The notes: generated from the letters alone by a model not told the origin. Positions 11,825-22,201 are shown, counted from the first letter of the stretch. The stretch is DNA of 64,000 nt from an uncultured Acidimicrobiaceae bacterium (GCA_964351995.1 CAYGQE010000026.1:2460-66459); one strand, 5' to 3'. A program made the numbers and translations.

Positions 11825-12976
11825 ATGATGCAGCGTCTCCTCGGCGTATTGGAGGCTCCTCGGATCTCGCCTCCCACGCGACAATCGCTGCTGCGCGGAA
11901 TTTTGGCATACCGAGCGGTGGTCGGTGTCTGGATGACCGTTGTGTTCGCATGGGAAGTCTGGGAACGCACCGGCAATGATCCCGCCAGGGTCAAACCTGA
12001 CGTCGCCCACCCTGCCGTCGGGTTCACCTTGCTGGCGATCGCCTGGACCTTCATTGCCTACGTCGGCGTTGCGTATGCCCGGGACGCAGATTCGATCGTT
12101 CGCCCCGCCGTGGTCTTCAGCGAGATCGCTCTTGCTGCCACACTCTTGTTCGCTGACATGTGGGTCTACGGCTCGACTCATTCCCAAGCACTCCCTACGG
12201 TCTGGCCGTTGGCCATCATCTTCACCGTGGCCATTGCTGGGGGCACAAGGGCGGCAGTCATCACCGGCATCGGACTTGGCCTCAGCCGCTACATCGGTTG
12301 GTTGCTCTTCTCTCCGGACAGCGAGAGTCCCTGGAGTTCCGCCCGTATCGCCAGCACCGTGCTCTTTGCGGTGGCTGGATGGGTCGCCGGCTACCTGTTG
12401 AACTCCCAGGCCGCCGCCGATCGGTCGATCTCCACGTATCGGGCCAGAGAGGAAGTGGCGAACACCCTGCACGATGGGGTTCTGCAGACACTGGCGATCA
12501 TCCAGCGTCGCAGTGATGACACCGAGCTGGTGTCGTTGGCCCGGACCCAAGAACTCGAGCTGCGGGAGTACCTGTTCAGCGGTGCTGATGTGGCCAGCGA
12601 CTTGGCCTCAGCACTTCGAGCGGCTGCTCGCCGGGCAGAAGAGCGCTACCCGATGCGGGTCGATGTGGTCTGTGCTCCTGATCTCCCCGCGGGCAATGAA
12701 ACGGAGATTCATGCGATCACCGGAGCAGCCAACGAAGCGTTGACGAACGCGGCAAAACATGGCGGTGCGGCGACGGCGACGGTCTATGCAGAGCCCGGTG
12801 ACGGTCACACGTTCTTTGTGTCGATCAAAGATCGAGGCGTTGGTTTCGACCCGCAGACTGCCAGCCGAGGCCAAGGTTTGAATCGTTCGATCCAGGGCCG
12901 ACTCACCGAGGTCGGCGGTTGGGCCGAGATCAGTTCACAGCCAGGGCGCGGCACCGAAGTGAAGCTCCACCTATGA
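11825..12976 (+). CDS. Membrane sensor histidine kinase (HisKA_3-like, MacS-like)
   Basis: About 6 TM helices, H-box LHDGVLQTL, N-box EALTNAAKH, G boxes DRGVGFD and PGRGT. Confidence 0.88.
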   Translation: MMQRLLGVLEAPRISPPTRQSLLRGILAYRAVVGVWMTVVFAWEVWERTGNDPARVKPDVAHPAVGFTLLAIAWTFIAYVGVAYARDADSIVRPAVVFSEIALAATLLFADMWVYGSTHSQALPTVWPLAIIFTVAIAGGTRAAVITGIGLGLSRYIGWLLFSPDSESPWSSARIASTVLFAVAGWVAGYLLNSQAAADRSISTYRAREEVANTLHDGVLQTLAIIQRRSDDTELVSLARTQELELREYLFSGADVASDLASALRAAARRAEERYPMRVDVVCAPDLPAGNETEIHAITGAANEALTNAAKHGGAATATVYAEPGDGHTFFVSIKDRGVGFDPQTASRGQGLNRSIQGRLTEVGGWAEISSQPGRGTEVKLHL

Positions 12977-13052
12977 CCCTTTCACCGACATCGCCACAGA
13001 TCGAGCACCAAGCTCTGCTGAGCAAGCACCAGCCCATGGGAGAGTCCACGTC

Positions 13053-13685
13053 ATGAGTTTCACCAGCCACGTGACCGTTGTCTTGGCCGATGACCACCCG
13101 ATCTGGCGATCAGGCGTCCGATCCGACCTTGGGGAGAACTTTCACGTCCTAGCCGAAGCGGGTGACGCCGATGAGGCCATCGATGCCATCATCGAACACA
13201 AGCCAGACCTCGTCGTGTGCGACCTCAACATGCCGAACGGCGGAGGGCTGCGCGTCGCCAAAGAGTGCGGCAAGTTGACCAACATCGTCATGCTGACGGT
13301 GTCGGAAGCCGAACGCGATCTGCTCGATGCCATTGCCGCCGGAGCGATCGGATACCTCGTCAAGTCGACGCCGCCCGAAGAGCTCCGAGCTGGTCTTTGG
13401 AAGGCGGCACAGGGCGAACCCGTGTTCTCACCAGCCCTCGCCAGCCTGGTCCTCGGCGAGTTCCGAAAGATGTCGAAAGACCAGGGGCCGACGAACGCGC
13501 TGTCGGATCGCGAGCGTGAAGTACTTCAACACGTAGCTCGAGGCCATACCTACAAAGAGATCGGTGAGGAGTTGTTCATCTCACCGAAGACCGTCGAGAA
13601 CCACGTGCGCAACATCTTGAACAAACTGCACCTGAACCGCAAGCAGGAGCTCATCCGCTACGCCGTAGAACACGGGATCGAGTAG
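13053..13685 (+). CDS. NarL/LuxR-family response regulator
   Basis: ADDHP, CDLNMP (phospho-Asp), GYLVK, LuxR HTH LSDREREVL..ISPKTVENHVRNIL. Confidence 0.95.
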   Translation: MSFTSHVTVVLADDHPIWRSGVRSDLGENFHVLAEAGDADEAIDAIIEHKPDLVVCDLNMPNGGGLRVAKECGKLTNIVMLTVSEAERDLLDAIAAGAIGYLVKSTPPEELRAGLWKAAQGEPVFSPALASLVLGEFRKMSKDQGPTNALSDREREVLQHVARGHTYKEIGEELFISPKTVENHVRNILNKLHLNRKQELIRYAVEHGIE

Positions 13686-13691
13686 GGAAAC

Positions 13692-13718
13692 AGCCGCCGG
13701 GCGCTGCGCCCCGGGGCT
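13692..13718. repeat. GC-rich hairpin with GCTGCGC core (REP-like or terminator)
   Basis: AGCCGCCGGGCGCTGCGCCCCGGGGCT directly after the response regulator stop. Confidence 0.45.
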
Positions 13719-13806
13719 ATTCCTTGGATTCAGGGGGGTAAGCCCCAGCGACATCTGGGGGATTCTCCGGGATCCGCAGGTGTCGAGAAGCTCTCAAGAT
13801 CAGACC

Positions 13807-16020
13807 ATGTCTGATCCCTTCGTAGCGCCGCCACCGATCGCTCCCCCATCGGCGCCCAGCGCGCCGCAGCAGCCCCACCCGCCATCCCGACCAGTACAGC
13901 CGCCCGCAGCAGGAGCGAGCCCTCAGGCTCGACGCACCGCAGCCATCGTGGTCACCTCGCTCGGTGCGCTGCTCCTGGCCGCCGCAGCAACAGTCTTCAT
14001 GGTGATCGCCTGGGACCGACTGCGATTGCCGGGAAAGGTCGGAGTGGTCGGCACTGCGTCCGCAGCCTGCCTGCTTGCCGGTCATCGATTGCGTACTCGT
14101 TTGTCTGGCGTCGCCGCAGTTCTCACCCATCTCGGTGCCGTCCTCGCCCCGCTCGTCGCTGGCGCCGGGGCGGTCGTTCTCGATGCCGACCGTCCGACGG
14201 TTGCCGTTGCTGGCGGCATCGTCGGCATGGTGGTCCTCCAGGTCTTCGACCGGATGGGGTCACCAATTCTCGCGGCAGGCCGAGCGCTGGCCTGCGCCGG
14301 AGTTGCGGTTGGTCTCGGTGTCTGGCTCGATGTTTCGCCGGCGCTGTTGCTCATCGTCGCCGCTGCCGGAGCATCGCTGCTTCGTCGCTGGAACGAATCG
14401 ATCATCATCGCTCTGCTCACTGCATCGACCCCGCTCATCAGCTGGGGTGCAGCATTGGCAGAACCTGGGAGCCTCCTCCCGTGGTTGAACGCACTCTCCG
14501 CCATGGACCAGTGGTTGACCTCGGTTGTTGCCATTGCAACGCTGATCGTGATCAGCGCCCAGGTCTGGCAGTTGCACACGCACCCTCTGCTCACCGCCGA
14601 AGCTCGGTGGGCCACCGCCACAGCGACGGCAATCTTCGCGATCAATGTGACTGCATTCGCCAACACCGCGATCGCAAACCCCAACTTCGTGCTCCTGGCC
14701 CTGGCCGTCTCCGTGCTCGCCGGTCGAACGATCGAATGCCTCTGGGCTCGATCGATCGGGCGCTACGTCGATGTCTGGACCTGGGCCGTCACGGGATTGA
14801 CCTGTCTGTACGTGCTGTCCTTCGATGCCCCGTTCACTCTCCAGCGAACCGAACTCATCGTCTCGATCTTGCTGCTTGCCTCCTGGCTGCTGAACGATGC
14901 ACTCGGGTCGATCTCGGAGCGTTTCACACCCATCGCGGGTCTACTCCATGGTTCGAGCGGGCCGATGTCGAGTTTTGGTATCGCTGTGACGTCGATCTCG
15001 ATCGCTGTCGCCACGAGCGACTCGCGGGGCTCCGCTGTCGGCCTCATCGTTCTCGGGGCGCTCTTCGCTTGCAGCCAACGGACGTACCGGGCCGACTTGT
15101 CCTTGGCGGTGTTCGCCGCAGCGTTGACAGCCGCCGTCAGCGCACCCGTGTTGCTCCCGGTCGTGGCCGCCGCCGTGGTGGCTTCGTCGACGCTCATCAT
15201 GCTGACCGATCTTCGCCGAGGCATTGGACCGAGGGCGCTCCAGCCGCTGCAGTGGATGAGTCTCGCCATCGCCGGTATCGCCGTGCTGGTTGAGGTACTC
15301 GTTGCCGAGCCCACGTGGGCGTCAGCTGTGGTGTACCTCCTTGCACTCGCAGGCTCAGGTGTCGCGCTCAGCCGGTTCTCCAACGTTCCCGATCTGTTGT
15401 TGCCACCGCGGTTTGCGCTGATCGCTCCATTGATCACCTCGTTCAGCGATCTCCACATGGCCGGCACACTCGCCGTGGTCACCGGTCTCGCCCTGATCGC
15501 TGATCATGTCATTCACCGAGTGACCGAGAGCCAGGTCTTGGGCTTCAGCCTGCTCACGGTCGGTTGTTGGACCCTTGCCGCCGACGCCGGCGTGACCGCC
15601 CCCGAGGTCTACATCGCGCTGCCGTGTCTCATTCTGACGAAGATCGGCGTCGACATCGTGCGCCGAGGCGGGTCGAGCTGGGTCGGCCTGGCCCCGGCCA
15701 TCGGGCTCTTCACCTTCGTCGGAATTCTCGAACGGGTCGATGGTCATGGCGGATGGCACGCCGTCGCTGCCGGGACCGTCGCCATCATCGCCATGGTCGC
15801 CGGAGTCGATCGGCGATGGGCAGGACCATCGCTGGTCGGGACTTTGTCGCTCGTTGCCGTCGTCGGCGTCGAGACCGCTGCCTACGTTCCCGCCGTCCCG
15901 CTCTGGATCTGGCTCGCGGTGGGAGGAGCGTCCCTCGTCACAGCGGGTGTGTACCTCGAACGCAGTGCCGATGAGGAAGGAACGGCTTCGCTGAAAACGG
16001 CTTGGGCAGCGTTTCGTTGA
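13807..16020 (+). CDS. Large polytopic membrane protein (DUF2157 / SCO7613-C-terminal-like)
   Basis: Pro-rich N-terminus, LGALLLAAAATVFMVIAW, about 20 hydrophobic segments, PEVYIALP..SSWVGLAPAI and WIWLAVGG..ER C-terminus. Confidence 0.7.
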   Translation: MSDPFVAPPPIAPPSAPSAPQQPHPPSRPVQPPAAGASPQARRTAAIVVTSLGALLLAAAATVFMVIAWDRLRLPGKVGVVGTASAACLLAGHRLRTRLSGVAAVLTHLGAVLAPLVAGAGAVVLDADRPTVAVAGGIVGMVVLQVFDRMGSPILAAGRALACAGVAVGLGVWLDVSPALLLIVAAAGASLLRRWNESIIIALLTASTPLISWGAALAEPGSLLPWLNALSAMDQWLTSVVAIATLIVISAQVWQLHTHPLLTAEARWATATATAIFAINVTAFANTAIANPNFVLLALAVSVLAGRTIECLWARSIGRYVDVWTWAVTGLTCLYVLSFDAPFTLQRTELIVSILLLASWLLNDALGSISERFTPIAGLLHGSSGPMSSFGIAVTSISIAVATSDSRGSAVGLIVLGALFACSQRTYRADLSLAVFAAALTAAVSAPVLLPVVAAAVVASSTLIMLTDLRRGIGPRALQPLQWMSLAIAGIAVLVEVLVAEPTWASAVVYLLALAGSGVALSRFSNVPDLLLPPRFALIAPLITSFSDLHMAGTLAVVTGLALIADHVIHRVTESQVLGFSLLTVGCWTLAADAGVTAPEVYIALPCLILTKIGVDIVRRGGSSWVGLAPAIGLFTFVGILERVDGHGGWHAVAAGTVAIIAMVAGVDRRWAGPSLVGTLSLVAVVGVETAAYVPAVPLWIWLAVGGASLVTAGVYLERSADEEGTASLKTAWAAFR

Positions 16021-16134
16021 TTCGGCGTTCAGGAATTTCACCCGACCCCGAACCGACGAACGGCCCATCAAGTTCTGAACGCCTGAGGACGATCGCCCTG
16101 TTCAGTCTCGAGGCTGAGTTCTAGCGTTCGCCGT

Positions 16135-18093
16135 ATGGATGGTGAAGGGCGAAGAGATCAACAAACAGGCGGGCCGCCCGATGCAACAGCCGAAGGTTGG
16201 AGTGCGACATCGAAAACCGAGAACGAGTCCGGTGACTTGGCTCGGGAGCACGTCGTCGAACTCCGCCACGATGCTGGGCTGACGGCCGGACACACGATCG
16301 GTCTTCGGCCAGGCAAGTTCCGCCTTGGCCCTCGTCGATCGAGCGAGGGTGGTTTGGTCACCGGTGCTCCTGAGGCAGTGAGTTTCGACCTCCTGATCGA
16401 CCCCGACGGCAACGTCACTCTCAACGCCGGCCTCGAACCTGTTGCTGTCGAAGGGGTGTTGGTCGACCGCCCGGTGCACCTCGAACACGGCGACGTCATC
16501 CAGCTTCCAACTGACCACTTCGTCCTGAAGTCGTTCGGCGAAACGCCTCGTCGCCGACCCAGTCTCGCCATCACCCCGCGCACCGTTCCGCCGGCCTCGC
16601 TGCCTTCGATGACGGGTTGGCTTTGGTTCTTCGCTGCCGCGGCCCTCTTCGGTCTCATGCTCGGCTTTGTTCGCTCGTCGATGTTCGGGCTGGCCCTGAT
16701 CGGACTCGGAGGGATCGTGGCGACGCTGCTCATCCGTTCCCGGCGCCATCATCGGGCCCGCGAGCAACGGGCCACCCAGCTATCGAACGCTCGCTCGCTC
16801 TTCTTCCATGAAATTGTCGACGGTCGCAAGGCAGCGGCGGAGGTCCTTCGTTCGGAGGCAAACACTCCCGCAACCGTCGCCCTGCGAGCTGCGCAACGTC
16901 CGACGCCAAATGGTTCGCGCCTCTACACCACCGTGGCCTCAGGCGATCGCTCCTGGCAACCACCGGTCGTGTGCCATCGCGACCCGGGTTGGGACCACCA
17001 GGCGATCATCGACGAATTGTCCTTCCTCCCAGCCATTCCGTTCACCGTTGACCTGGACGCCGGGCCCGTTGCGATCGTGGGTCCACGACTGGCCGTCCTC
17101 GCAGTCGCCCGCCACATCGCCACCACGGCCCTCGTCGCCGCCCCACCGAACACCGGTGTCTCGGTCCAGTCCGTCGTGCCCGCCGACTGGCGATGGTTGA
17201 GCCCTGGCGGAACACCTGCACTGCGCATTTTCGACGGAGTTCGCAGCGCTCCGGAAGGTCGAACCGTCGTGCTTGCGTCCTCCTTGGAGGCACTCGATGC
17301 TCCCTTCGCATTCAGCCACGTCGTGCAGATCCACAACGATGGCCGGGCATCGATTCGCCAACCAGACGGCGAGACCGGCGATGGTTTCGCCCCGCACGGC
17401 ATTACCGAGAAGCAGGCCAGGGAGATCGTCCGGACGCTGGCCGGGCCCACCGTCACCAGTGCCCCGTCGCGCCAAGCAACAATCGACCTTCACCGCACTG
17501 ACCACGGCATGCTGGATGCCGATCGACTGCTCGTCACCGGACCCGATCGTTCACGCACAAAGAACGTGCTGACCACAGCAGCGCTCCGACAGGCCGCTCG
17601 CTTCCCGGACCGATCGATCTTCATCCTTGATCGCGGGGACCGGGCGCTGATCCGGCTGGCCCAGCTCGATGCGTGCCTTCGCTATGTCACCATCGATCAG
17701 ATAGCAAGCGTCGAGTTCATGATGAGTGAGCTTGAAGAAATCGAAGCCCAATCACCAAACAATCGGGTGCTGTTCCTCGCCCCCGATCTGTGGGAGGCAA
17801 CGGCCTTCTACCGCAACAGCGGACGCTCCGTCCTCGCTGACCGAATCGACGGGCTGGTCAGCCGCATGGAGGTCCTCCCGATTGCTGCCTCAGCCGCCGG
17901 TCTCGAACGCGTACCTCGTTCGTCCTTCCTGGTCTGGGTCAACACCGACGGCGTTGATCTCGCCGAAGTCCAGGTGACGGGCAACGACGCAACGCACCAC
18001 GCCCACATCGATCTCACCAATCTTCCTGGCATCGACCTCACTGCATCGGTCGCTCGCCTCACCACTTCTGCCAACGAGGAGATCCCCCAATGA
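16135..18093 (+). CDS. Degenerate FHA / TM / FtsK-SpoIIIE (EssC/EccC-like) protein lacking intact ATPase motifs
   Basis: FHA-like end LEHGDVIQL, two TM helices, PFTVDL..AIVGPR..LAVARHI, DWRWL, later LLVTGPDRSRT..FILDRG (degenerate P-loop). Confidence 0.6.
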   Translation: MDGEGRRDQQTGGPPDATAEGWSATSKTENESGDLAREHVVELRHDAGLTAGHTIGLRPGKFRLGPRRSSEGGLVTGAPEAVSFDLLIDPDGNVTLNAGLEPVAVEGVLVDRPVHLEHGDVIQLPTDHFVLKSFGETPRRRPSLAITPRTVPPASLPSMTGWLWFFAAAALFGLMLGFVRSSMFGLALIGLGGIVATLLIRSRRHHRAREQRATQLSNARSLFFHEIVDGRKAAAEVLRSEANTPATVALRAAQRPTPNGSRLYTTVASGDRSWQPPVVCHRDPGWDHQAIIDELSFLPAIPFTVDLDAGPVAIVGPRLAVLAVARHIATTALVAAPPNTGVSVQSVVPADWRWLSPGGTPALRIFDGVRSAPEGRTVVLASSLEALDAPFAFSHVVQIHNDGRASIRQPDGETGDGFAPHGITEKQAREIVRTLAGPTVTSAPSRQATIDLHRTDHGMLDADRLLVTGPDRSRTKNVLTTAALRQAARFPDRSIFILDRGDRALIRLAQLDACLRYVTIDQIASVEFMMSELEEIEAQSPNNRVLFLAPDLWEATAFYRNSGRSVLADRIDGLVSRMEVLPIAASAAGLERVPRSSFLVWVNTDGVDLAEVQVTGNDATHHAHIDLTNLPGIDLTASVARLTTSANEEIPQ

Positions 18094-19094
18094 CCAACCC
18101 TACGTGGGCCGGACGTTCCGCCTCCCCACCCACGCCGGAAGGCGAGAGCCAACGTGCCGGGTGGATTCCCGTGGTTGGAGTGGTCGCTGCGCTCGGACTG
18201 GTCGGCGCCGGCGGCTATCTACTAGGGAGCTCGGATGACGCCATCGAAACTGCTGCGTCACCAACGACGACGGTGACCGTCGCAACCACCGACGATGCAG
18301 AAGCCACCGACAACCCGACGGCAGACACGACCGACGGCGACCTCGCCGCTCAAACAGCCGAAGGCGGTGCCGAGAACAGCACCTCAACCGACAACCTCGT
18401 CGAAGACGGAGCTGTCGATGCCGATACCGCCGAAGACAGCTCCGCCGAAGTTACTCCCGAAGCCGATCCCGATGTCTCTGACAACGTTGCTGCAGGAGGC
18501 GACACCACGGACGAACGAGGTGACGGCGACACAGCCGATAGCGAAGTAGCAGCGAACCAAGTAGTCCTCGATGACGGCCAAGTGCGCGGCGCGTTGTTGA
18601 GCGATGGCGTGCTGTACTTGGGCGGCGCGGTCCCGAGCGCAGAGATCGGGGATCAGATCATCGAGCGAGCCGAGGCGGTCGTCGGTGAAGGCAACGTCGT
18701 GAGCGAATACGTGATCGACCCCGAAGCCGAGATGGGCCAGGGCGCCCCGCTCTACATCGATGACGTCGTCCTGTTCGCGTACGGCGCGAACACGTACGAC
18801 CCGCAGTTCGAGCCGCTGCTCGACCTCGGTCTGGCATTGCTGTCGCAGAACCCATCGGTGACCGTCACCATCATCACCCACACCGACGCATCAGGTTCCG
18901 CCAGCTTCAACGATCACCTGTCGTACCAGCGAGGCGAATCCGTGGCTCAGTACTGGGTCGACCGGGGCATCCCTGTCGGGCAGATCCGAATAGACGCACG
19001 GGGCGAGCGCGACCCCCTTGTCGATGACCACACCGATGAGGCAGCACAACTCAATCGCCGGGCTGAGTTCTTCATCGAGGGCCTTCTTCCCTGA
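18090..19094 (+). CDS. Membrane-anchored BON-like + OmpA-C peptidoglycan-binding protein (ArfA-like architecture)
   Basis: N-terminal TM, acidic T/D/A linker, LYLGGAVPS, HTDASG..N..LS..R and LNRRAEF OmpA motifs. ATGA overlap with the upstream gene. Confidence 0.85.
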   Translation: MTNPTWAGRSASPPTPEGESQRAGWIPVVGVVAALGLVGAGGYLLGSSDDAIETAASPTTTVTVATTDDAEATDNPTADTTDGDLAAQTAEGGAENSTSTDNLVEDGAVDADTAEDSSAEVTPEADPDVSDNVAAGGDTTDERGDGDTADSEVAANQVVLDDGQVRGALLSDGVLYLGGAVPSAEIGDQIIERAEAVVGEGNVVSEYVIDPEAEMGQGAPLYIDDVVLFAYGANTYDPQFEPLLDLGLALLSQNPSVTVTIITHTDASGSASFNDHLSYQRGESVAQYWVDRGIPVGQIRIDARGERDPLVDDHTDEAAQLNRRAEFFIEGLLP

Positions 19095-19345
19095 CCAATC
19101 CGGCGAACGACCGCTGGTCTTGCGATAGCGGCCAAGCCGATCAGTGACTTCAAACCCAACCGCCGGTTTGGAGGCAATCGCTCCACCTTCGGCGACAACG
19201 ATCACACTCAGCAGTTCATTGCTCAGCTGATGCGGGACGATCGAGTGGTTGACGCTCTCTCTGGCCGCGTGGGTGTACCACCGATGAAGGCATCGATCTG
19301 GGCCATCGCGCGCTCGAGGACCGCCACCGTGCTGGCGACGGCCAT

Positions 19346-20746
19346 TCAGGCTTCGGGCCTGAGTGTGGGGAAGAGCACGACATCGCGAATCGTCTGAACG
19401 TTGGCGAGCAACATCACGAGCCGGTCGATGCCGATGCCAAGGCCACCGGTCGGCGGCATGCCATATTCCAGCGCACGCAGGTAGTCCTCGTCGACGACCA
19501 TGGCTTCGTCGTCTCCGGCATCCTTCTGGATTGCTTGCTCCTCGAAGCGCAGCCGTTGCTCGGCCGGGTCGATGAGTTCGCTGAAGGCGTTGCACAGCTC
19601 TCGGCCGGCGATGATGCCCTCGAAGCGCTCGGTGAAGCCGGCGAGCTCACGGTGATCTCGCGACAACGGTGAGACTTCCTTCGGGTAGTCGGTCACGAAG
19701 ACCGGGTCCCAAAGGACGCCTTCAACCATCTTCTCGTAGATCTCGAGTATGAGCTTGCCTGGTCCGTAGCTGTCCTTCCACGACACCTCGAACTCATCGC
19801 AGACTGCTCGTAGTTCTTCGATCGGCATCTCGAGGTTCAGCGCACGACCCGTGTGCTCTTCAACCAGCTCGAGCATGCTTGCCCGCCGCCAAGGTGCCGC
19901 CAGACTGATCGTTCGATCTCCGTAGGCCAGCTCGGTCGTGCCGTGGAGCTCCATCGCCAGATGTTCAACGAGTTCTTCGACCAACAGCATGATGTCGGTG
20001 TAGTCGGCGTAGGCCTGGTAGAGCTCGAGCATCGAGAACTCGGGATTGTGTCGCGTGCTGATGCCTTCGTTGCGGAAGACGCGGGCGATCTCGAACACGC
20101 GGTTCAGGCCGCCAACGGTGAGCCGCTTGAGGTACAACTCAGGGGCGATCCGCAGGTAAAGATCGAGATCGAGCGCGTTGTGGTGCGTGGTGAAGGGCTT
20201 CGCCAGTGCGCCTCCGGGGATGGGGTGGAAGACCGGTGTCTCTACTTCGATGAAGTCACGATCTTCGAGCCACCGACGAATGAGCGAGACGGTCCTGGAC
20301 CGCAGAATGAACGCTTCGCGACTCTCCGGGGTGACCCAGAGATCGACGTAGCGCTGGCGGTAACGCATGTCAGGATCGCTGATGCCGTGGAACTTGTCGG
20401 GGAACTGTCGCTTCGCTTCTGCCAGCAACACCCACTCCATCACCTTGATGCTGAGCTCGCCCTTGCGAGTCTTCATGACCTCGCCAGTGACGCCAATCCA
20501 GTCACCGAGATTCAATCCGCAGAACGCATCGAATTCGGGTGTCACCTTGCTGGGAGCAAACAGCTGCAGGCGTTCGCCGCTGTCTTGCAGCGTGCCGAAC
20601 GCCAGCCTGCCTTGCACGCGGCGCAGCATGAGCCGACCGGCAATCGTGACCATGACACCGGTCTCGGTGCCATCCTCGATCGAGTCGTGCTCGGCGCGAA
20701 TCGCAGCGGCAGAAGTGGTGGGATCGAAACGGTGTGGAATGGACAT
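19346..20746 (-). CDS. lysS: Lysine--tRNA ligase (class II)
   Basis: RYRQRYVDL, YLRIAPELYLKRL, FRNEG, HNPEF and YGMPPTGGLGIGIDRL motifs. Confidence 0.98.
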   Translation of the reverse strand: MSIPHRFDPTTSAAAIRAEHDSIEDGTETGVMVTIAGRLMLRRVQGRLAFGTLQDSGERLQLFAPSKVTPEFDAFCGLNLGDWIGVTGEVMKTRKGELSIKVMEWVLLAEAKRQFPDKFHGISDPDMRYRQRYVDLWVTPESREAFILRSRTVSLIRRWLEDRDFIEVETPVFHPIPGGALAKPFTTHHNALDLDLYLRIAPELYLKRLTVGGLNRVFEIARVFRNEGISTRHNPEFSMLELYQAYADYTDIMLLVEELVEHLAMELHGTTELAYGDRTISLAAPWRRASMLELVEEHTGRALNLEMPIEELRAVCDEFEVSWKDSYGPGKLILEIYEKMVEGVLWDPVFVTDYPKEVSPLSRDHRELAGFTERFEGIIAGRELCNAFSELIDPAEQRLRFEEQAIQKDAGDDEAMVVDEDYLRALEYGMPPTGGLGIGIDRLVMLLANVQTIRDVVLFPTLRPEA

Positions 20747-20791
20747 GGGAGTCTGCTGACAGTCAGTTGTTGGACGAGTGAGCGGTGAGGG

Positions 20792-21661
20792 CTAGAGCGG
20801 AACGACGTCGAGGCCGATGTCGAGCACGCGAGCGGAATTGGTGATTGACCCTGAAGAGAGCAGATCGACACCCGTGCCGGCATAGCTCTCGAGCGTGTCG
20901 AGAGTGATACCACCGGAAGCTTCGAGCAGCGAGCGCTTTCGGCCGGCCTGCACCGACCATGCGTCGGCCGTGGCCACAAGATCAGTGAGCTCGTTTGGTG
21001 AAAAGTTGTCGAGCAGGATGATCTCGGCGTTGGCCTCGAGCGCTTCGATCATCTGCGCTTCTCGCTCAGCTTCGACGTGAATCGTGCGGCCGGGCCAGAG
21101 GGCACGAGCGCGCCCCACCGCTTCAGTGATGGTCAGCCCGACGAGATGGTTGTCCTTCAGCATCAACCAATCGGAAAGATTGCCGCGATGGTTCGATGCG
21201 CCACCGGCTCGCACCGCCGCCTTCTGGAGCGAGCGGTACCCCGGGAGTGTCTTGCGAGTGTCCCAGACAGTGACACGGCCGTCGGCGATCTCGACCCAAC
21301 GGGCAGCATTGCTGGCAACTCCAGAGAGATGACTCAAGAAATTCAAGGCCGTGCGCTCAGCCGTCAACATCTTGGCGAACGGACCAGTGACTACCGCCAG
21401 GACATCACCGGCGACGATGCTGGCCCCGTCCCGGAGGTGCCACGAGATCTCGAGAGCCGAATCGACCGCCTTGAAGGTCTCGTTGACACAGAGCGTTCCG
21501 GCGAGAACACCGGCTTCCCTGGCTCGGAACTCGGCGGTTGCCTGCATCTCCGGGTCGAGCAAGGACGACGTGAGATCGCCGAAGGGTGTGAGATCCTCGT
21601 TGAGCGCCCTCTCTACCAAGAAGCGGACATCGGCGAGGGGTGGGTTCAAGTCGTGCCGCAT
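20792..21661 (-). CDS. nadC: Quinolinate phosphoribosyltransferase
   Basis: ERTALNFL, DTRKTLPG, MLKDNH, LLDNF and EASGGITL motifs. Confidence 0.96.
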   Translation of the reverse strand: MRHDLNPPLADVRFLVERALNEDLTPFGDLTSSLLDPEMQATAEFRAREAGVLAGTLCVNETFKAVDSALEISWHLRDGASIVAGDVLAVVTGPFAKMLTAERTALNFLSHLSGVASNAARWVEIADGRVTVWDTRKTLPGYRSLQKAAVRAGGASNHRGNLSDWLMLKDNHLVGLTITEAVGRARALWPGRTIHVEAEREAQMIEALEANAEIILLDNFSPNELTDLVATADAWSVQAGRKRSLLEASGGITLDTLESYAGTGVDLLSSGSITNSARVLDIGLDVVPL

Positions 21662-21724
21662 CGCCGAAGGCTACCGATGATCCGATCCGACGATGATCTG
21701 CCTGCTCAACCAATCTTGCGCCGG

Positions 21725-22201
21725 TCAGAGATCGCCGAGCGAGCTGACGGCACCGAACGCTTCAGCTTCGTCGTAGCCAAGCGCAACCACATCAGCTTCG
21801 AGATCGGGAGCAATCTCGAGCAGCGGAACCACCACGAAGTTGCGCTGGTACATGCGGGGATGGGGCACCGTGAGTTCGTCATCATCAACCGAGACACCAT
21901 CGATCCACAACACATCGACGTCGAGCGTGCGGGGCCCCCATCGAACGCGCCGCTCACGACCGGCGGCTCGCTCGAGCGTGCGACACAGCTCGAGCAGACC
22001 GTAGGGATCGAGGTCAGTCTCGAGCTCGACCACGATGTTCAAGAACGCACCCTGCTCGGGTCCGCCCACGGGCTCTGTCTCATAGACCGATGAACACTTG
22101 GTCAACTCCGGCACAGCCTCGACAGCCGCACGCAAGTACTCGCGTCGGTCGCCGAGATTCGTGCCGAGCCCGAGAAAGGCTCGACGCACCGAACCAGTCA
22201 T
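21725..22201 (-). CDS. folK: HPPK, 2-amino-4-hydroxy-6-hydroxymethyldihydropteridine diphosphokinase
   Basis: LGLGTNLGDR, RWGPRTLDVD and PHPRM motifs. Confidence 0.96.
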   Translation of the reverse strand: MTGSVRRAFLGLGTNLGDRREYLRAAVEAVPELTKCSSVYETEPVGGPEQGAFLNIVVELETDLDPYGLLELCRTLERAAGRERRVRWGPRTLDVDVLWIDGVSVDDDELTVPHPRMYQRNFVVVPLLEIAPDLEADVVALGYDEAEAFGAVSSLGDL

